Assembly: GCA_002305925.1 (NCBI GenBank)
Contig: DBRL01000014.1
Span: 34,402-98,401, forward strand
Reading direction: 5' to 3'
Origin: Candidatus Peregrinibacteria bacterium UBA1369
GTDB lineage: Bacteria; Patescibacteriota; Gracilibacteria; UBA1369
DNA: 64,000 bases
In this document: in pieces, positions 37,804 to 46,271 of the stretch
Numbering within the stretch: the stretch's first letter is position 1
Layout: every line of letters begins with the position of its first letter
The notes under the pieces: generated by a model
What the model saw: only the letters and a program-made list of their open reading frames with translations
What the model was told of the DNA's origin: nothing
Databases searched by the model: none
Position numbers and translations under genes: made by a program

Positions 37804-38976
37804 TCAGGGCACGGCGGCGATGGCTTCGACGATGGCCGGGATCAGATGGGGGTTGAAGATGTCCGGCAGGATGGCGTCTTTTTGGGGTTGGACGGTGGAG
37901 GCCAGGCCGCGGGCGGCGGCGTATTTCATGGCCGGGGTGATGCGCGGGCGGCGCTGCTCAACCGCCGCTTTGAAAATGCCCGGGAAGACGAGGGCATTGT
38001 TGATCTGGTTGGGGAGATCGGAGCGGCCGGTGCCGCAGACGGCGGCGCCGGCCGCGTAGGCATCGTCCGGGAAAATTTCCGGCATGGGGTTGGCCATGGC
38101 AAAAATAATCGGGTCCGGCGCCATCAGACGGACCAGGTCAGGAGTGAGGGCGCCCGCCACCGAGACGCCGATAAACACATCTGCTCCCTGGAGGGCCTCG
38201 CTGAGATGACCATGCAGATTTTCACGGTTAGCCAGTTCGAGCAGGGCCAGTTTGTAGGGATTGAGGTCGGGGCGGTCGCGGTGAATGATTCCCCGTGAAT
38301 CACAGATAATCAGGTCTTTGACCCGTTCATTGCCGGTGTGGTCGGCGTCCAGAAGCATGCGGGACGTGGCCAGACCGGCCGCGCCGGCACCGTTGACCAC
38401 CACTTTCAGTTCGTCCAGCTTTTTCCCCACTACGGCCGCGGCATTTTTTAACGCGGCATAGACGACGATAGCGGTTCCATGCTGGTCGTCGTGCATGACC
38501 GGTATACCCAGATCCTGCAATGCCGCCTCCACTTCAAAGCAGGCCGGCGCGGCGATGTCTTCCAGATTGATGGCGGCAAAACCAGGTGAAATGGCTTTGA
38601 TAACTGATACAATTGACGCACTGTCGTGTACGTCCAGCACAATCGGCCAGGCGTCCAGTCCGGCAAAATGCTTGAAAAGTACGGCTTTTCCCTCCATCAC
38701 CGGCAGGGCTCCCAGCGGGCCGATATTGCCCAAACCGAGTACGGCCGTGCCGTCGCTGATTACAGCCACGGTATGGCCTTTGATGCTATGGCTCCAGGCC
38801 TTTTGCGGATCTGCGGCGATGGCGCTGCAAACCGCTCCGACACCCGGTGTATAGGCCAGGGACAGGTCGTGGCGGTCGGACAGGGGTACGGTGGGACAGC
38901 TTTCCAGTTTGCCGGCGTGGGTGAGGTGCAGTTCCAGGGATTCACTGCCAAGCATTTGGCTGTTGTTTTCAGTCAT
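37804..38976 (-). CDS. NAD(P)-dependent malic enzyme (short form)
   Basis: LSLAYTPGVGAVC...VAVISDGTAVLGLGNIGPLGALPVMEGKAVLFKHFAGLDA and VVNGAGAAG. Confidence 0.9.
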   Translation of the reverse strand: MTENNSQMLGSESLELHLTHAGKLESCPTVPLSDRHDLSLAYTPGVGAVCSAIAADPQKAWSHSIKGHTVAVISDGTAVLGLGNIGPLGALPVMEGKAVLFKHFAGLDAWPIVLDVHDSASIVSVIKAISPGFAAINLEDIAAPACFEVEAALQDLGIPVMHDDQHGTAIVVYAALKNAAAVVGKKLDELKVVVNGAGAAGLATSRMLLDADHTGNERVKDLIICDSRGIIHRDRPDLNPYKLALLELANRENLHGHLSEALQGADVFIGVSVAGALTPDLVRLMAPDPIIFAMANPMPEIFPDDAYAAGAAVCGTGRSDLPNQINNALVFPGIFKAAVEQRRPRITPAMKYAAARGLASTVQPQKDAILPDIFNPHLIPAIVEAIAAVP

Positions 38977-39029
38977 GTGTCGGGGGTCAAGGTGTTTATA
39001 TTTTAGCGGTTTATTGATATAATGGAAGG

Positions 39030-41276
39030 ATGATAAAAAGCAACAGCTATCCGCTGAAAAAAATAATTTTTGGAACGACGGTTTTTGTGGCGCTGTTTAG
39101 TGCCGAGGCAGCGTTTGTCTATGCTACCAGCCGTTTTTTGTCGCAGGGGTTGATTGACCAGTTGCCGGCCTTGCTGGTGCTGGTGAGTGTGGCGATTATC
39201 GTCAATTACCTGTTGAATTTGCTTCTGTCCTCGCGCTTCACCGCCTTGGGGAGCATGGCGGTGTCGCTGATTTTAATTATGACTCTGGCGGCAGGTGCTC
39301 TGCAGCTTGGTTTTGAGCCGATGTTTTTTGTTTTTGCCGCTTTGCTGATTGCCCGTCTGACCGTGGTGATCTATGACACTTCGCTGATCAATCTGGCCAG
39401 TACCTATGTCAATCAGCGTCAGGCAAAATCTTTTTTGCCGTTGATTCGCGGTTTGATGGATCTGGCTGTTCTGGCCGCCAGCGTGTTTGTCTATGTGGCC
39501 ACCCTGGAAAACTTTGAAATTGAGCCTCTGTGGCTGATTATGGGCGGGGCTGTGGCCGTGGCAATCGGTCTGATTGTGATCAACCGTGTTTGTGCGCCGG
39601 TCGGGGGAGAAGCCCGTCCGGAAATACCGCTTTCCATAGGCGAGCAAACCAAAAAAAGCTGGGTCTTTGTGACCCGGGACTCCCGTCTTTATGGTCTTTT
39701 TCTGCTGCTGTTTCTGGTTTTTGGCGGTATTCTGGTTACTTTTGCCTATGTTTACAACAGCGTCTTTGCAGAAAATTTAAGTGGCGCTGAGTTGACCAGG
39801 TTTTTGGCGCTGGTAAATTTTGTTGCCGTGCTTCTTCGTACCGTGCTGAATCTGAAATTTCTCAGTCCGCTGATTAACCGACTGGGACTGGCCAACCTCC
39901 TGCTGATCTATCCCTGGGGCCTCTTTATGCTTGCCTTTATGGTGATGGTTTTTCCCCATAGTCTTTATTTGGCGGCGGCGCTTTTTATTTTTCACACCTT
40001 TTCTTTTTATTCCTATGTCACGGTCGCCGGACAGGCCATGCTGGGATTGGTACCGAAATCGCTCAGCCAAAATGTTTTTTTCCTGATCAGGGGACTTTCG
40101 CCCTCATTGGCGGCTCTGGTGGTATCTCTGCTGATGGCTGTGATGCTCGCTTTTTGTTCCAACAATCCCCTGAGCGTCGAATTTACGTTGTTTATACTGG
40201 CGGCATTGACGCTGGCGATTACTTTGCGCATCAAGAAAGAATATCAAAAGGAGGTTTTGCGATCGCTCGGCATCGATGACATCTATCTGAAGAGCAATGC
40301 TGTCGAGCTGATGGGTGAAGCTGTACAGATGGAGCAGGGGGAAAGAGTTTTGAGAACCATGTTGCTGGACAGTCGAGAGAGTCCTTTGCTGCGGCAGAAA
40401 ATTCTGGCCAGTCTGGTGGAAATTAACAATCCCAATTCAATTCGTGAACTGCTGCTGGTGGTGGAAAAGGACCCCAATATGCGTTTGCGTTACTATGCCA
40501 TGCAGGCGATTAACCGTTTGTTTCAGACCATGGACAGGCGGCGATTTGGCTCGATGAGCGTAACAAAACTTTTGCTGATTGATGTGATTAACCGTGTCTA
40601 TGAAGAAGATTTGCCCCTGCCGATGAAGCTGGAAGTCAACAAGGCTTTGCCGATGTATGGGTTTGAGGTGCTGCTCAATTTTTATAAAACTCATTTTGCC
40701 AACAGTCCCGACTTTGTAAAATCTAGTATTATTGAGGCGATGGCCGTGTCGAATGACCGGGGCCTGATTACTCTGCTGGAGCCTTATCTGAGCCATGAAA
40801 ATCTGCAGATCAGGGCGGCGGCCATCGCAGCTCTGTGGCCTTTCGAAGAAATGCGGGAAAGGCTGATGGGTCTGGTAATCAGCATTCTTGCCTGCAAGGA
40901 AGATGTTTGCCGAATGGCTGCCTTGAGGCTGATCAGTTCCCTGAAGCTGAAAAAGATGGAAGATTATGTGCTGGATCTGGTGGCGATGCCCGACAAGGAG
41001 CTTTCGACCATGGCTGTGATTACGGCGGTATCACTGGGCAGGCGCAGTGCCCTGAAGGTTTTGATGCGCAAGCTGAATCGCTATGCCATGCTGGGGGATA
41101 CGATGATGGTTGAATTTATCTTTCGCAAGATAACCATGTTTTCCGATACCTGCGGACATTGCGTGGTCAATGAGCTGCGCGGTCTGGATACGGCCAGTTT
41201 CAACAGACTGAAGGAAATATTTAATCATTCCAACCAGTTTTTTGATATTTCTTTGGCCGAGTTGTTTACAAACTAG
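39030..41276 (+). CDS. polytopic membrane (transporter-like) protein with a C-terminal HEAT-repeat domain
   Basis: About 11-12 hydrophobic helices in aa 1-400. The remainder has HEAT/PBS-lyase-like repeats (e.g. LLEPYLSHENLQIRAAAIAALWPF; NMRLRYYAMQAINRL). Confidence 0.5.
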   Translation: MIKSNSYPLKKIIFGTTVFVALFSAEAAFVYATSRFLSQGLIDQLPALLVLVSVAIIVNYLLNLLLSSRFTALGSMAVSLILIMTLAAGALQLGFEPMFFVFAALLIARLTVVIYDTSLINLASTYVNQRQAKSFLPLIRGLMDLAVLAASVFVYVATLENFEIEPLWLIMGGAVAVAIGLIVINRVCAPVGGEARPEIPLSIGEQTKKSWVFVTRDSRLYGLFLLLFLVFGGILVTFAYVYNSVFAENLSGAELTRFLALVNFVAVLLRTVLNLKFLSPLINRLGLANLLLIYPWGLFMLAFMVMVFPHSLYLAAALFIFHTFSFYSYVTVAGQAMLGLVPKSLSQNVFFLIRGLSPSLAALVVSLLMAVMLAFCSNNPLSVEFTLFILAALTLAITLRIKKEYQKEVLRSLGIDDIYLKSNAVELMGEAVQMEQGERVLRTMLLDSRESPLLRQKILASLVEINNPNSIRELLLVVEKDPNMRLRYYAMQAINRLFQTMDRRRFGSMSVTKLLLIDVINRVYEEDLPLPMKLEVNKALPMYGFEVLLNFYKTHFANSPDFVKSSIIEAMAVSNDRGLITLLEPYLSHENLQIRAAAIAALWPFEEMRERLMGLVISILACKEDVCRMAALRLISSLKLKKMEDYVLDLVAMPDKELSTMAVITAVSLGRRSALKVLMRKLNRYAMLGDTMMVEFIFRKITMFSDTCGHCVVNELRGLDTASFNRLKEIFNHSNQFFDISLAELFTN

Positions 41277-41302
41277 CTTTTCTGTTGTAGAGTATAGGGC
41301 GA

Positions 41303-41726
41303 GGGGATGTTACGGCATTCGACACGGATGTTCTTTTACAAACTGCAATCACGGGATGGTACCGTCTCCCGTCAGATCCGCCGGTACAACAATAGATGCA
41401 AATTCTATTAAGATGGCGATGTTGGGTGAGGCCATGAATTTGGCCCCTTCCTACGCTCGGGCAACCGCCTAGAGCTAGCCGATATCCCCGGACCACAAAC
41501 TCCGGGGTCGCAAGCCGACTGACTCCGCTGGGTCGGGCCTTGTGTCATTAGCGGGACGTCACCGGACGGTTTGGAGTTTTGAGACCGGCTGGCGTTACAC
41601 CAAAACCAGGCGAAAGGAGCTTTTGGTCGCGTCCTTATTCCTTTGGCCCAAACAGACGTGACTATGATTGTAGATGTTTGTACCAGTCGTTCGTGGACCC
41701 GGGTTCGACTCCCGGCATCTCCACCA
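41303..41726 (+). ncRNA. ssrA: tmRNA (SsrA)
   Basis: 5' GGGGATGTTACGGCATTCGACACGGATG closely resembles the Bacillus-type ssrA 5' end. 3' GGACCCGGGTTCGACTCCCGGCATCTCCACCA is the T-arm plus acceptor plus CCA. The acceptor stem has a G3:U pair (Ala identity). An internal tag-like ORF ends with tandem in-frame TAG codons. Confidence 0.85.
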
Positions 41727-41786
41727 AAAATCCATCCTGCATTTGCCAGCGGCAAACGGATCGTGCTATGAATCATGTGGTCAAAT

Positions 41787-41863
41787 GGGGCTGTAGCTCA
41801 GTTGGCTAGAGCGCTACATTCGCATTGTAGAGGTCGGGAGTTCGACTCTCCTCAGCTCCACCA
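41787..41863 (+). tRNA. tRNA-Ala (anticodon CGC), CCA encoded
   Basis: Cloverleaf folded by hand: acceptor GGGGCTG/CAGCTCC with G3:U70; D stem GCTC/GAGC; anticodon stem CTACA/TGTAG with loop TTCGCAT; T arm GGGAG-TTCGACT-CTCCT. Confidence 0.9.
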
Positions 41864-43443
41864 TAAAGAACTTCTCCCGATTTGGAGGAGTTTTTTAATT
41901 TTCCAGATATCACTTTATCCGCTGTAGGAAAGGCTTTTTTGATGGGGTCACCACCATTTGGTTCGTGGTTCAAGAGCAGTTTTTGACCTTGAATCAAATA
42001 ATTCGCAGCTTTCAGTTTTTCTATCGCAGGAATGGCTTGAATTAGGGCAAATTGACCTTTTAGCTCGCGGTTCGAACTTAAAACATTCAAAACCTTTCTT
42101 TTGACCAAAGGATTCAATTCTCGGTAGCGATAAGGAAGGAAATCGAAGATTTGGATCAGCTCTAAAGTGAGCGCCCAAAGAACATCCTCCTTCATATCCT
42201 CCTTTTCGCCGATTTGAGCGCGCAACGTGTGACGTTGATCAATAAGCTCGTTCTTGCGAGCAAGCCCCTCCTCCGAAGTGAAATAGCCGTCCAGAACAGC
42301 CTTGTTGAGTTTTTCAAGCTGTTGATCGATTTGATTGAGCTTCAAGTCCAAAGCCTTGCGTTTCGCCGCATTGTCGACGCGGATATTCGATGAGAGGCGC
42401 TCGATGGCTTCCTTGGCGTAAGGAATAAACTCATCAGCCAGCTCATACTTAGCAAGAAACGCAACAATTTGGTCTTCAAGACGATCCTCACGGATTGTTT
42501 GGCGGCAATCAGGATTATGACATTCAAGATAAATATGAGTCTTGTGATAAGAAGAGACCATGTAACGACCGCACTCGCATTTAAACATCTTTGAGTAAGT
42601 GAAGTCGTGCTGCATTTTGTTTTTCTGGGTGCGACCGTCCAGAATCTCCTGAACCTGATCAAAAAGCTTCTTCGTGATAAGAGGCTCGTGATTACCCTCG
42701 TAGAATAGTGGCTCATCAGAACCCTTCTTTCTCCACATCATCAGGCCGTGATAAAACGGATTTCTGAGCATTTTATAAAACATGCTTTTGCGGATCGGAT
42801 TACCACTTCCATTAGTCATGCCGCGTTTTCGCATGTACTCACAAAGCGTCATGGCCGAATAATTGCCAGACGCGAACAATTTGAAACTTTCCTTCACAAA
42901 CGGGGCGACTTTCGGGTCGACCTGTTTCTTTTTATGATCGTCATCGACACCCTTGATGCCACTGCGGTAACCAATTGGCGGCGGCGCTGGGAAATAACCC
43001 TTCAAGAGAACTTCCTCCATCTTGGTGCTCACCTCTTCCGAGAGGTTTTCTGAGTACCAGACGGCCATGTTACAAAAATTGCGGAATGCCAAACGGCCAG
43101 CCGCGCGACTAGTATCGAATTCACCCTCAATAACGACCATTTTCTTTTTATGCTGAGTGACCAGCTGGTCGAGCAAAGCAAAATCTGCGACGTTACGGGA
43201 ACTGCGATCTAATTTATGAAAAACAACCCCTTCGATTTCAGGGGATGTTAAACGTTGCAACATTTTGTGAAACTCCGTGCGCTTTCCCTTGAAGCCAGAC
43301 TTGGCTTCGGAAAACCAATCGACTATTTCAAACTCCTTGCGCTGAGCGTACTCAGTGATGATGCGTTTTTGAGCAGGCAGCGAATTGTCCATGTCGGCCT
43401 GCGCTTTTGTTGATACACGGCAATAAGCTACATACTTTTTCAT
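41806..43443 (-). CDS. large serine recombinase (phage integrase)
   Basis: Resolvase catalytic domain (YCRVSTKAQ...SLPAQ), recombinase domain, zinc ribbon (CECGRYMVSSYHKTHIYLECHNPDC) and coiled coil. The last ~19 codons are antisense to tRNA-Ala. Confidence 0.9.
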   Translation of the reverse strand: MKKYVAYCRVSTKAQADMDNSLPAQKRIITEYAQRKEFEIVDWFSEAKSGFKGKRTEFHKMLQRLTSPEIEGVVFHKLDRSSRNVADFALLDQLVTQHKKKMVVIEGEFDTSRAAGRLAFRNFCNMAVWYSENLSEEVSTKMEEVLLKGYFPAPPPIGYRSGIKGVDDDHKKKQVDPKVAPFVKESFKLFASGNYSAMTLCEYMRKRGMTNGSGNPIRKSMFYKMLRNPFYHGLMMWRKKGSDEPLFYEGNHEPLITKKLFDQVQEILDGRTQKNKMQHDFTYSKMFKCECGRYMVSSYHKTHIYLECHNPDCRQTIREDRLEDQIVAFLAKYELADEFIPYAKEAIERLSSNIRVDNAAKRKALDLKLNQIDQQLEKLNKAVLDGYFTSEEGLARKNELIDQRHTLRAQIGEKEDMKEDVLWALTLELIQIFDFLPYRYRELNPLVKRKVLNVLSSNRELKGQFALIQAIPAIEKLKAANYLIQGQKLLLNHEPNGGDPIKKAFPTADKVISGKLKNSSKSGEVLYGGAEESRTPDLYNANVAL

Positions 43444-43448
43444 AGGCT

Positions 43449-43997
43449 TTATTCTGATTTAGAAGGTGGCAACTTTTTCTTACCCTTTGAAGAATCCTCG
43501 TCTTCATCGTATTTCTTGCCCTTATTGATAACCGAGTACAACTCAAGGAGCTTTTCCTTTTCGTCCTTTTCAAGCTCAAGGATTCGGAGAATCATTTCGC
43601 GCTCCTCTTTGTCTTTTTGCATGATTTCCTCGATCAGACGCTTCGTATCGGGATTTACCACGATGTGGTTCTGGTGACCATTGACGACTACGTTGGAATC
43701 ACCACCGCCCGCCAAAATCCCGCTGGCCTGAATAAGAGAGGAAAGCTCGTCGAACTTCTTTGCCTTCTCGGCGTACTCGGTCAATTCAGGATTGTCTTCG
43801 CCGAAAAAATAAGAAAGGGGCTTTTTGAGAGCCTTGGAAATATCGGGCACGTATTTCTCAGGATTCTTAATAAAACCGCTTTCGACCTTTTGGATTGTGT
43901 TGGAAACCGCACCGATCTTGCGAGAGAGCTCCATCTGGGACATCCCAGCCTCCTCTCGCGCCCGAATAATACGATTAACGATGGCTTTTGAAGACAT
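43449..43997 (-). CDS. XRE-family HTH repressor (CI-like), no S24 peptidase domain
   Basis: IIRAREEAGMSQMELSRKIGAVSNTIQKVESG. Divergent from the early operon and upstream of the integrase. Confidence 0.8.
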   Translation of the reverse strand: MSSKAIVNRIIRAREEAGMSQMELSRKIGAVSNTIQKVESGFIKNPEKYVPDISKALKKPLSYFFGEDNPELTEYAEKAKKFDELSSLIQASGILAGGGDSNVVVNGHQNHIVVNPDTKRLIEEIMQKDKEEREMILRILELEKDEKEKLLELYSVINKGKKYDEDEDSSKGKKKLPPSKSE

Positions 43998-44124
43998 GTG
44001 ATTAGAAGTTAAAAATTAATGATAATTGCGGGACTGTTCCCGTTCTGTATTGAAGTATAGGAAATATCGGAATAATAGTCAAGACTAATAACTGAATCTT
44101 ATCCACAAACCATACCGAATTTTC

Positions 44125-44152
44125 TTGACAATCTATTCCAAAAGAGTATGAT
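44125..44152 (+). promoter_or_regulatory. candidate early rightward promoter in the CI/Cro intergenic region
   Basis: TTGACA-N16-TATGAT. Flanked by repeated ACTGTTCC / GGAACGGGA motifs at 44039-44053, 44163-44171 and 44200-44214 (candidate operators). Confidence 0.5.
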
Positions 44153-44240
44153 GAATAGTGAAGGAACGGGATTGTGGCTTAAATACTATATATTTTTTAC
44201 CCGCAACTGTTCCGAAATAGAATAACTAACTTGTAAGAAA

Positions 44241-44471
44241 ATGGGTAGACCCTACGCTACAACCGCAGAAACAAGACAAAAAATGTGGGCGCTTTGGCTC
44301 AAGGGCTACACGTTTATTGAGATTGCTCGCCAATTTAAAACTTACCGTCAAAAGACAAGGTCGATTGTCCTTGCCTTCGATCCTACGTTTGAACAATTCA
44401 AACAACACGACGAAAACCGTCGGATCAGGCAAATGGCGGAGAAGCTTTCTCCTAACAGTCTAACTCCATGA
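44241..44471 (+). CDS. small HTH DNA-binding protein (Cro-like, or excisionase/RDF candidate)
   Basis: 76 aa. LWLKGYTFIEIARQFKTYRQKTRSIV is helix-turn-helix-like. First gene of the rightward operon. Confidence 0.55.
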   Translation: MGRPYATTAETRQKMWALWLKGYTFIEIARQFKTYRQKTRSIVLAFDPTFEQFKQHDENRRIRQMAEKLSPNSLTP

Positions 44472-44474
44472 GGT

Positions 44475-44654
44475 ATGTCCAATACAACACAGCAAAAATG
44501 GACTCCTCAAGAAGAGGAGATTATCGGGTTCTTCATGGAGTTAATACCAGTGCTTCAGGAAGTAAAGGCGGACTTAGAGTCGAAAGGCCTCCTTAACAAA
44601 AATTTATGCGTGAGTGGCGGAGTCTCGTCTGCTCCGCAACCCACTAATTCTTAA
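44475..44654 (+). CDS. hypothetical small phage protein (59 aa, below the ORF-track cutoff)
   Basis: ATG 4 nt after the preceding stop, preceded by GAGG. MSNTTQQKWTPQEEEIIGFFMELIPVLQEVKADLESKGLL... Confidence 0.4.
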   Translation: MSNTTQQKWTPQEEEIIGFFMELIPVLQEVKADLESKGLLNKNLCVSGGVSSAPQPTNS

Positions 44655-44658
44655 CCCT

Positions 44659-44997
44659 ATGCAAATACAAGTTTTCTCAGACGAGTGGTGGTTCCAGCTA
44701 ACCTTCATGCTCATCTTTATCAGCGGATTCGCCCTTACGCTCTGCATCATGGAACTCGCGGTCTGCATATGGGCTGAGCTCCGAGGCAAGCAGACGGATC
44801 TGCCAACACAAGAAAGCGTGCACCGATTCTTCCTGAGGATCAGGCGCATACGGGCAAGACGAAAATTCAGGAATCAATCAATTAATCACTTTAATCACAA
44901 GCCTTATGACAAAAGCATTAGCCATATCGGCACAAGACGCGGCAGCAATCTGGCAAGAACAGACCAAGCTCGCCGAGGTCAAAAAAATCTACGGTAA
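44659..44997 (+). CDS. hypothetical small membrane protein
   Basis: MQIQVFSDEWWFQLTFMLIFISGFALTLCIMELAVCIW (one TM helix) followed by a basic tail. Overlaps the recT-like start by about 90 nt, so the 3' extent is uncertain. Confidence 0.35.
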   Translation: MQIQVFSDEWWFQLTFMLIFISGFALTLCIMELAVCIWAELRGKQTDLPTQESVHRFFLRIRRIRARRKFRNQSINHFNHKPYDKSISHIGTRRGSNLARTDQARRGQKNLR

Positions 44998-45826
44998 AGA
45001 CCTGACGGACTCGGAATTCTCAATCCTCGTCCAGATCGGGCAAGCTACACACCTAAATCCATTCTTGCGGGAAATCTGGGCGGTGAAATACGGAACTAAC
45101 CCAGCGCAAATCTTTATCGGACGCGACGGCTACCGCAAAGCAGCCCAAGCGAATCCAGACTACGACTACCACTTGGTGGACGCGGTCTACCAAAACGACG
45201 ACTTCAAGATCGAAGACGGCGAGGTTCGCCATACCTATTCGGGAAAGGATCGCGGAGCGCTGGTTGGAGCCTACTGCGTGGTCAAGCGCAAAAGCTCGAC
45301 CAAAACCATGTTCAACTTCGTCGATCTGAAGGAATACACAACTGGCAAAAGCCTCTGGATCGGCAAGCCCGCGACCATGATCAAGAAGGTCGCCGAAGCA
45401 CAGGGTCTTCGCATGGCCTTCCAATCACTCTTCGCTGGAACTTATGACGAAACCGAAGCATGGGAAGAACCAGCAAAGCCATTGCCTCAACCAAAAGAAG
45501 AAAAACGCATTCAGCCTAAGACTGGCGAAGCACTCTTCGCGGCATGGAATGAACTCTGGGATTTGTACATGGAGAAATATGCAGGCGAGCGCACAGAGAC
45601 GGGCGAACTGAAATTCTCTCCCGAGAAATCCGAGGCCACCCGCAAGATGACCTTCCTCAAAAACTACAACAAGGAAAGCTCTACCGAACTCACCGAAAAG
45701 GAAGCCAAGGACTTCATCAAGCGCTGCGAAGAAAAAATCGCGGAACTAAAGAAACTTCCCGAACCGACTAAAGCGCAGGAAGTTTCCGTGAAGCAGATGA
45801 AGAAATCACCTGCCTTAGCAGGATAG
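44906..45826 (+). CDS. RecT/Bet-family single-strand annealing protein
   Basis: LTDSEFSILVQIGQATHLNPFLREIWAVKYG...IFIGRDGYRKAA...ATMIKKVAEAQGLRMAF. Has an extra ~120-aa charged C-terminal tail. Confidence 0.75.
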   Translation: MTKALAISAQDAAAIWQEQTKLAEVKKIYGKDLTDSEFSILVQIGQATHLNPFLREIWAVKYGTNPAQIFIGRDGYRKAAQANPDYDYHLVDAVYQNDDFKIEDGEVRHTYSGKDRGALVGAYCVVKRKSSTKTMFNFVDLKEYTTGKSLWIGKPATMIKKVAEAQGLRMAFQSLFAGTYDETEAWEEPAKPLPQPKEEKRIQPKTGEALFAAWNELWDLYMEKYAGERTETGELKFSPEKSEATRKMTFLKNYNKESSTELTEKEAKDFIKRCEEKIAELKKLPEPTKAQEVSVKQMKKSPALAG

Positions 45827-45847
45827 CAATAATTAACGAATCCTACT

Positions 45848-46267
45848 ATGAAAAAACTTCACATTCGCCCAGTCGAGGCGAGCAACAACGGCAAAAAAGA
45901 ACGTTGGTGGGCTGTCCAAGAAAAGGACGGAAACGGCAATTTTGTGACGCTCACGAACGGAATATTCTCGCACGCATATCCTCGGCGCGAGATGGCGGTG
46001 GAAGCCCGCGAGATGCTTCTCAAAAAAGCGGAAAAGCAACCGCGAAGTGTCTTCACTCACCGCTATTACGAGGAAGAAGATTACAGCTACTTGAGCCAAA
46101 AGGGATACTCCGACGAAGAGATCGTTGAAATATTCAATCGCGATATCAAACACGACATCGTCTCAAACCTGCTTTGGCTGGAAGTAAACGAACCTGAGGT
46201 GGCGAAAGACGTGCTCGCCGAGTACGAGCGCCTCAGAACAAACAATCCTTATAAATCTAACTCTTAA
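45848..46267 (+). CDS. hypothetical phage protein
   Basis: 139-aa ORF, tightly packed. No motif recognised. Confidence 0.5.
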   Translation: MKKLHIRPVEASNNGKKERWWAVQEKDGNGNFVTLTNGIFSHAYPRREMAVEAREMLLKKAEKQPRSVFTHRYYEEEDYSYLSQKGYSDEEIVEIFNRDIKHDIVSNLLWLEVNEPEVAKDVLAEYERLRTNNPYKSNS

Positions 46268-46271
46268 AACT

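Noticed and set aside
41242-41809. Four 76-122-aa ORFs (41242..41472, 41266..41496, 41408..41776, 41579..41809)
   Set aside because: They overlap the tmRNA gene, and partly the tRNA, whose structural hallmarks are unambiguous.
41701-41863. Similarity between the tmRNA 3' end (GGGTTCGACTCCCGGCATCTCCACCA) and the tRNA-Ala 3' end (GGAGTTCGACTCTCCTCAGCTCCACCA) as possible att repeats
   Set aside because: The similarity is confined to the universally conserved T-loop, acceptor and CCA. Both are complete genes 60 nt apart on the same side of the prophage, so they are not an attL/attR pair.
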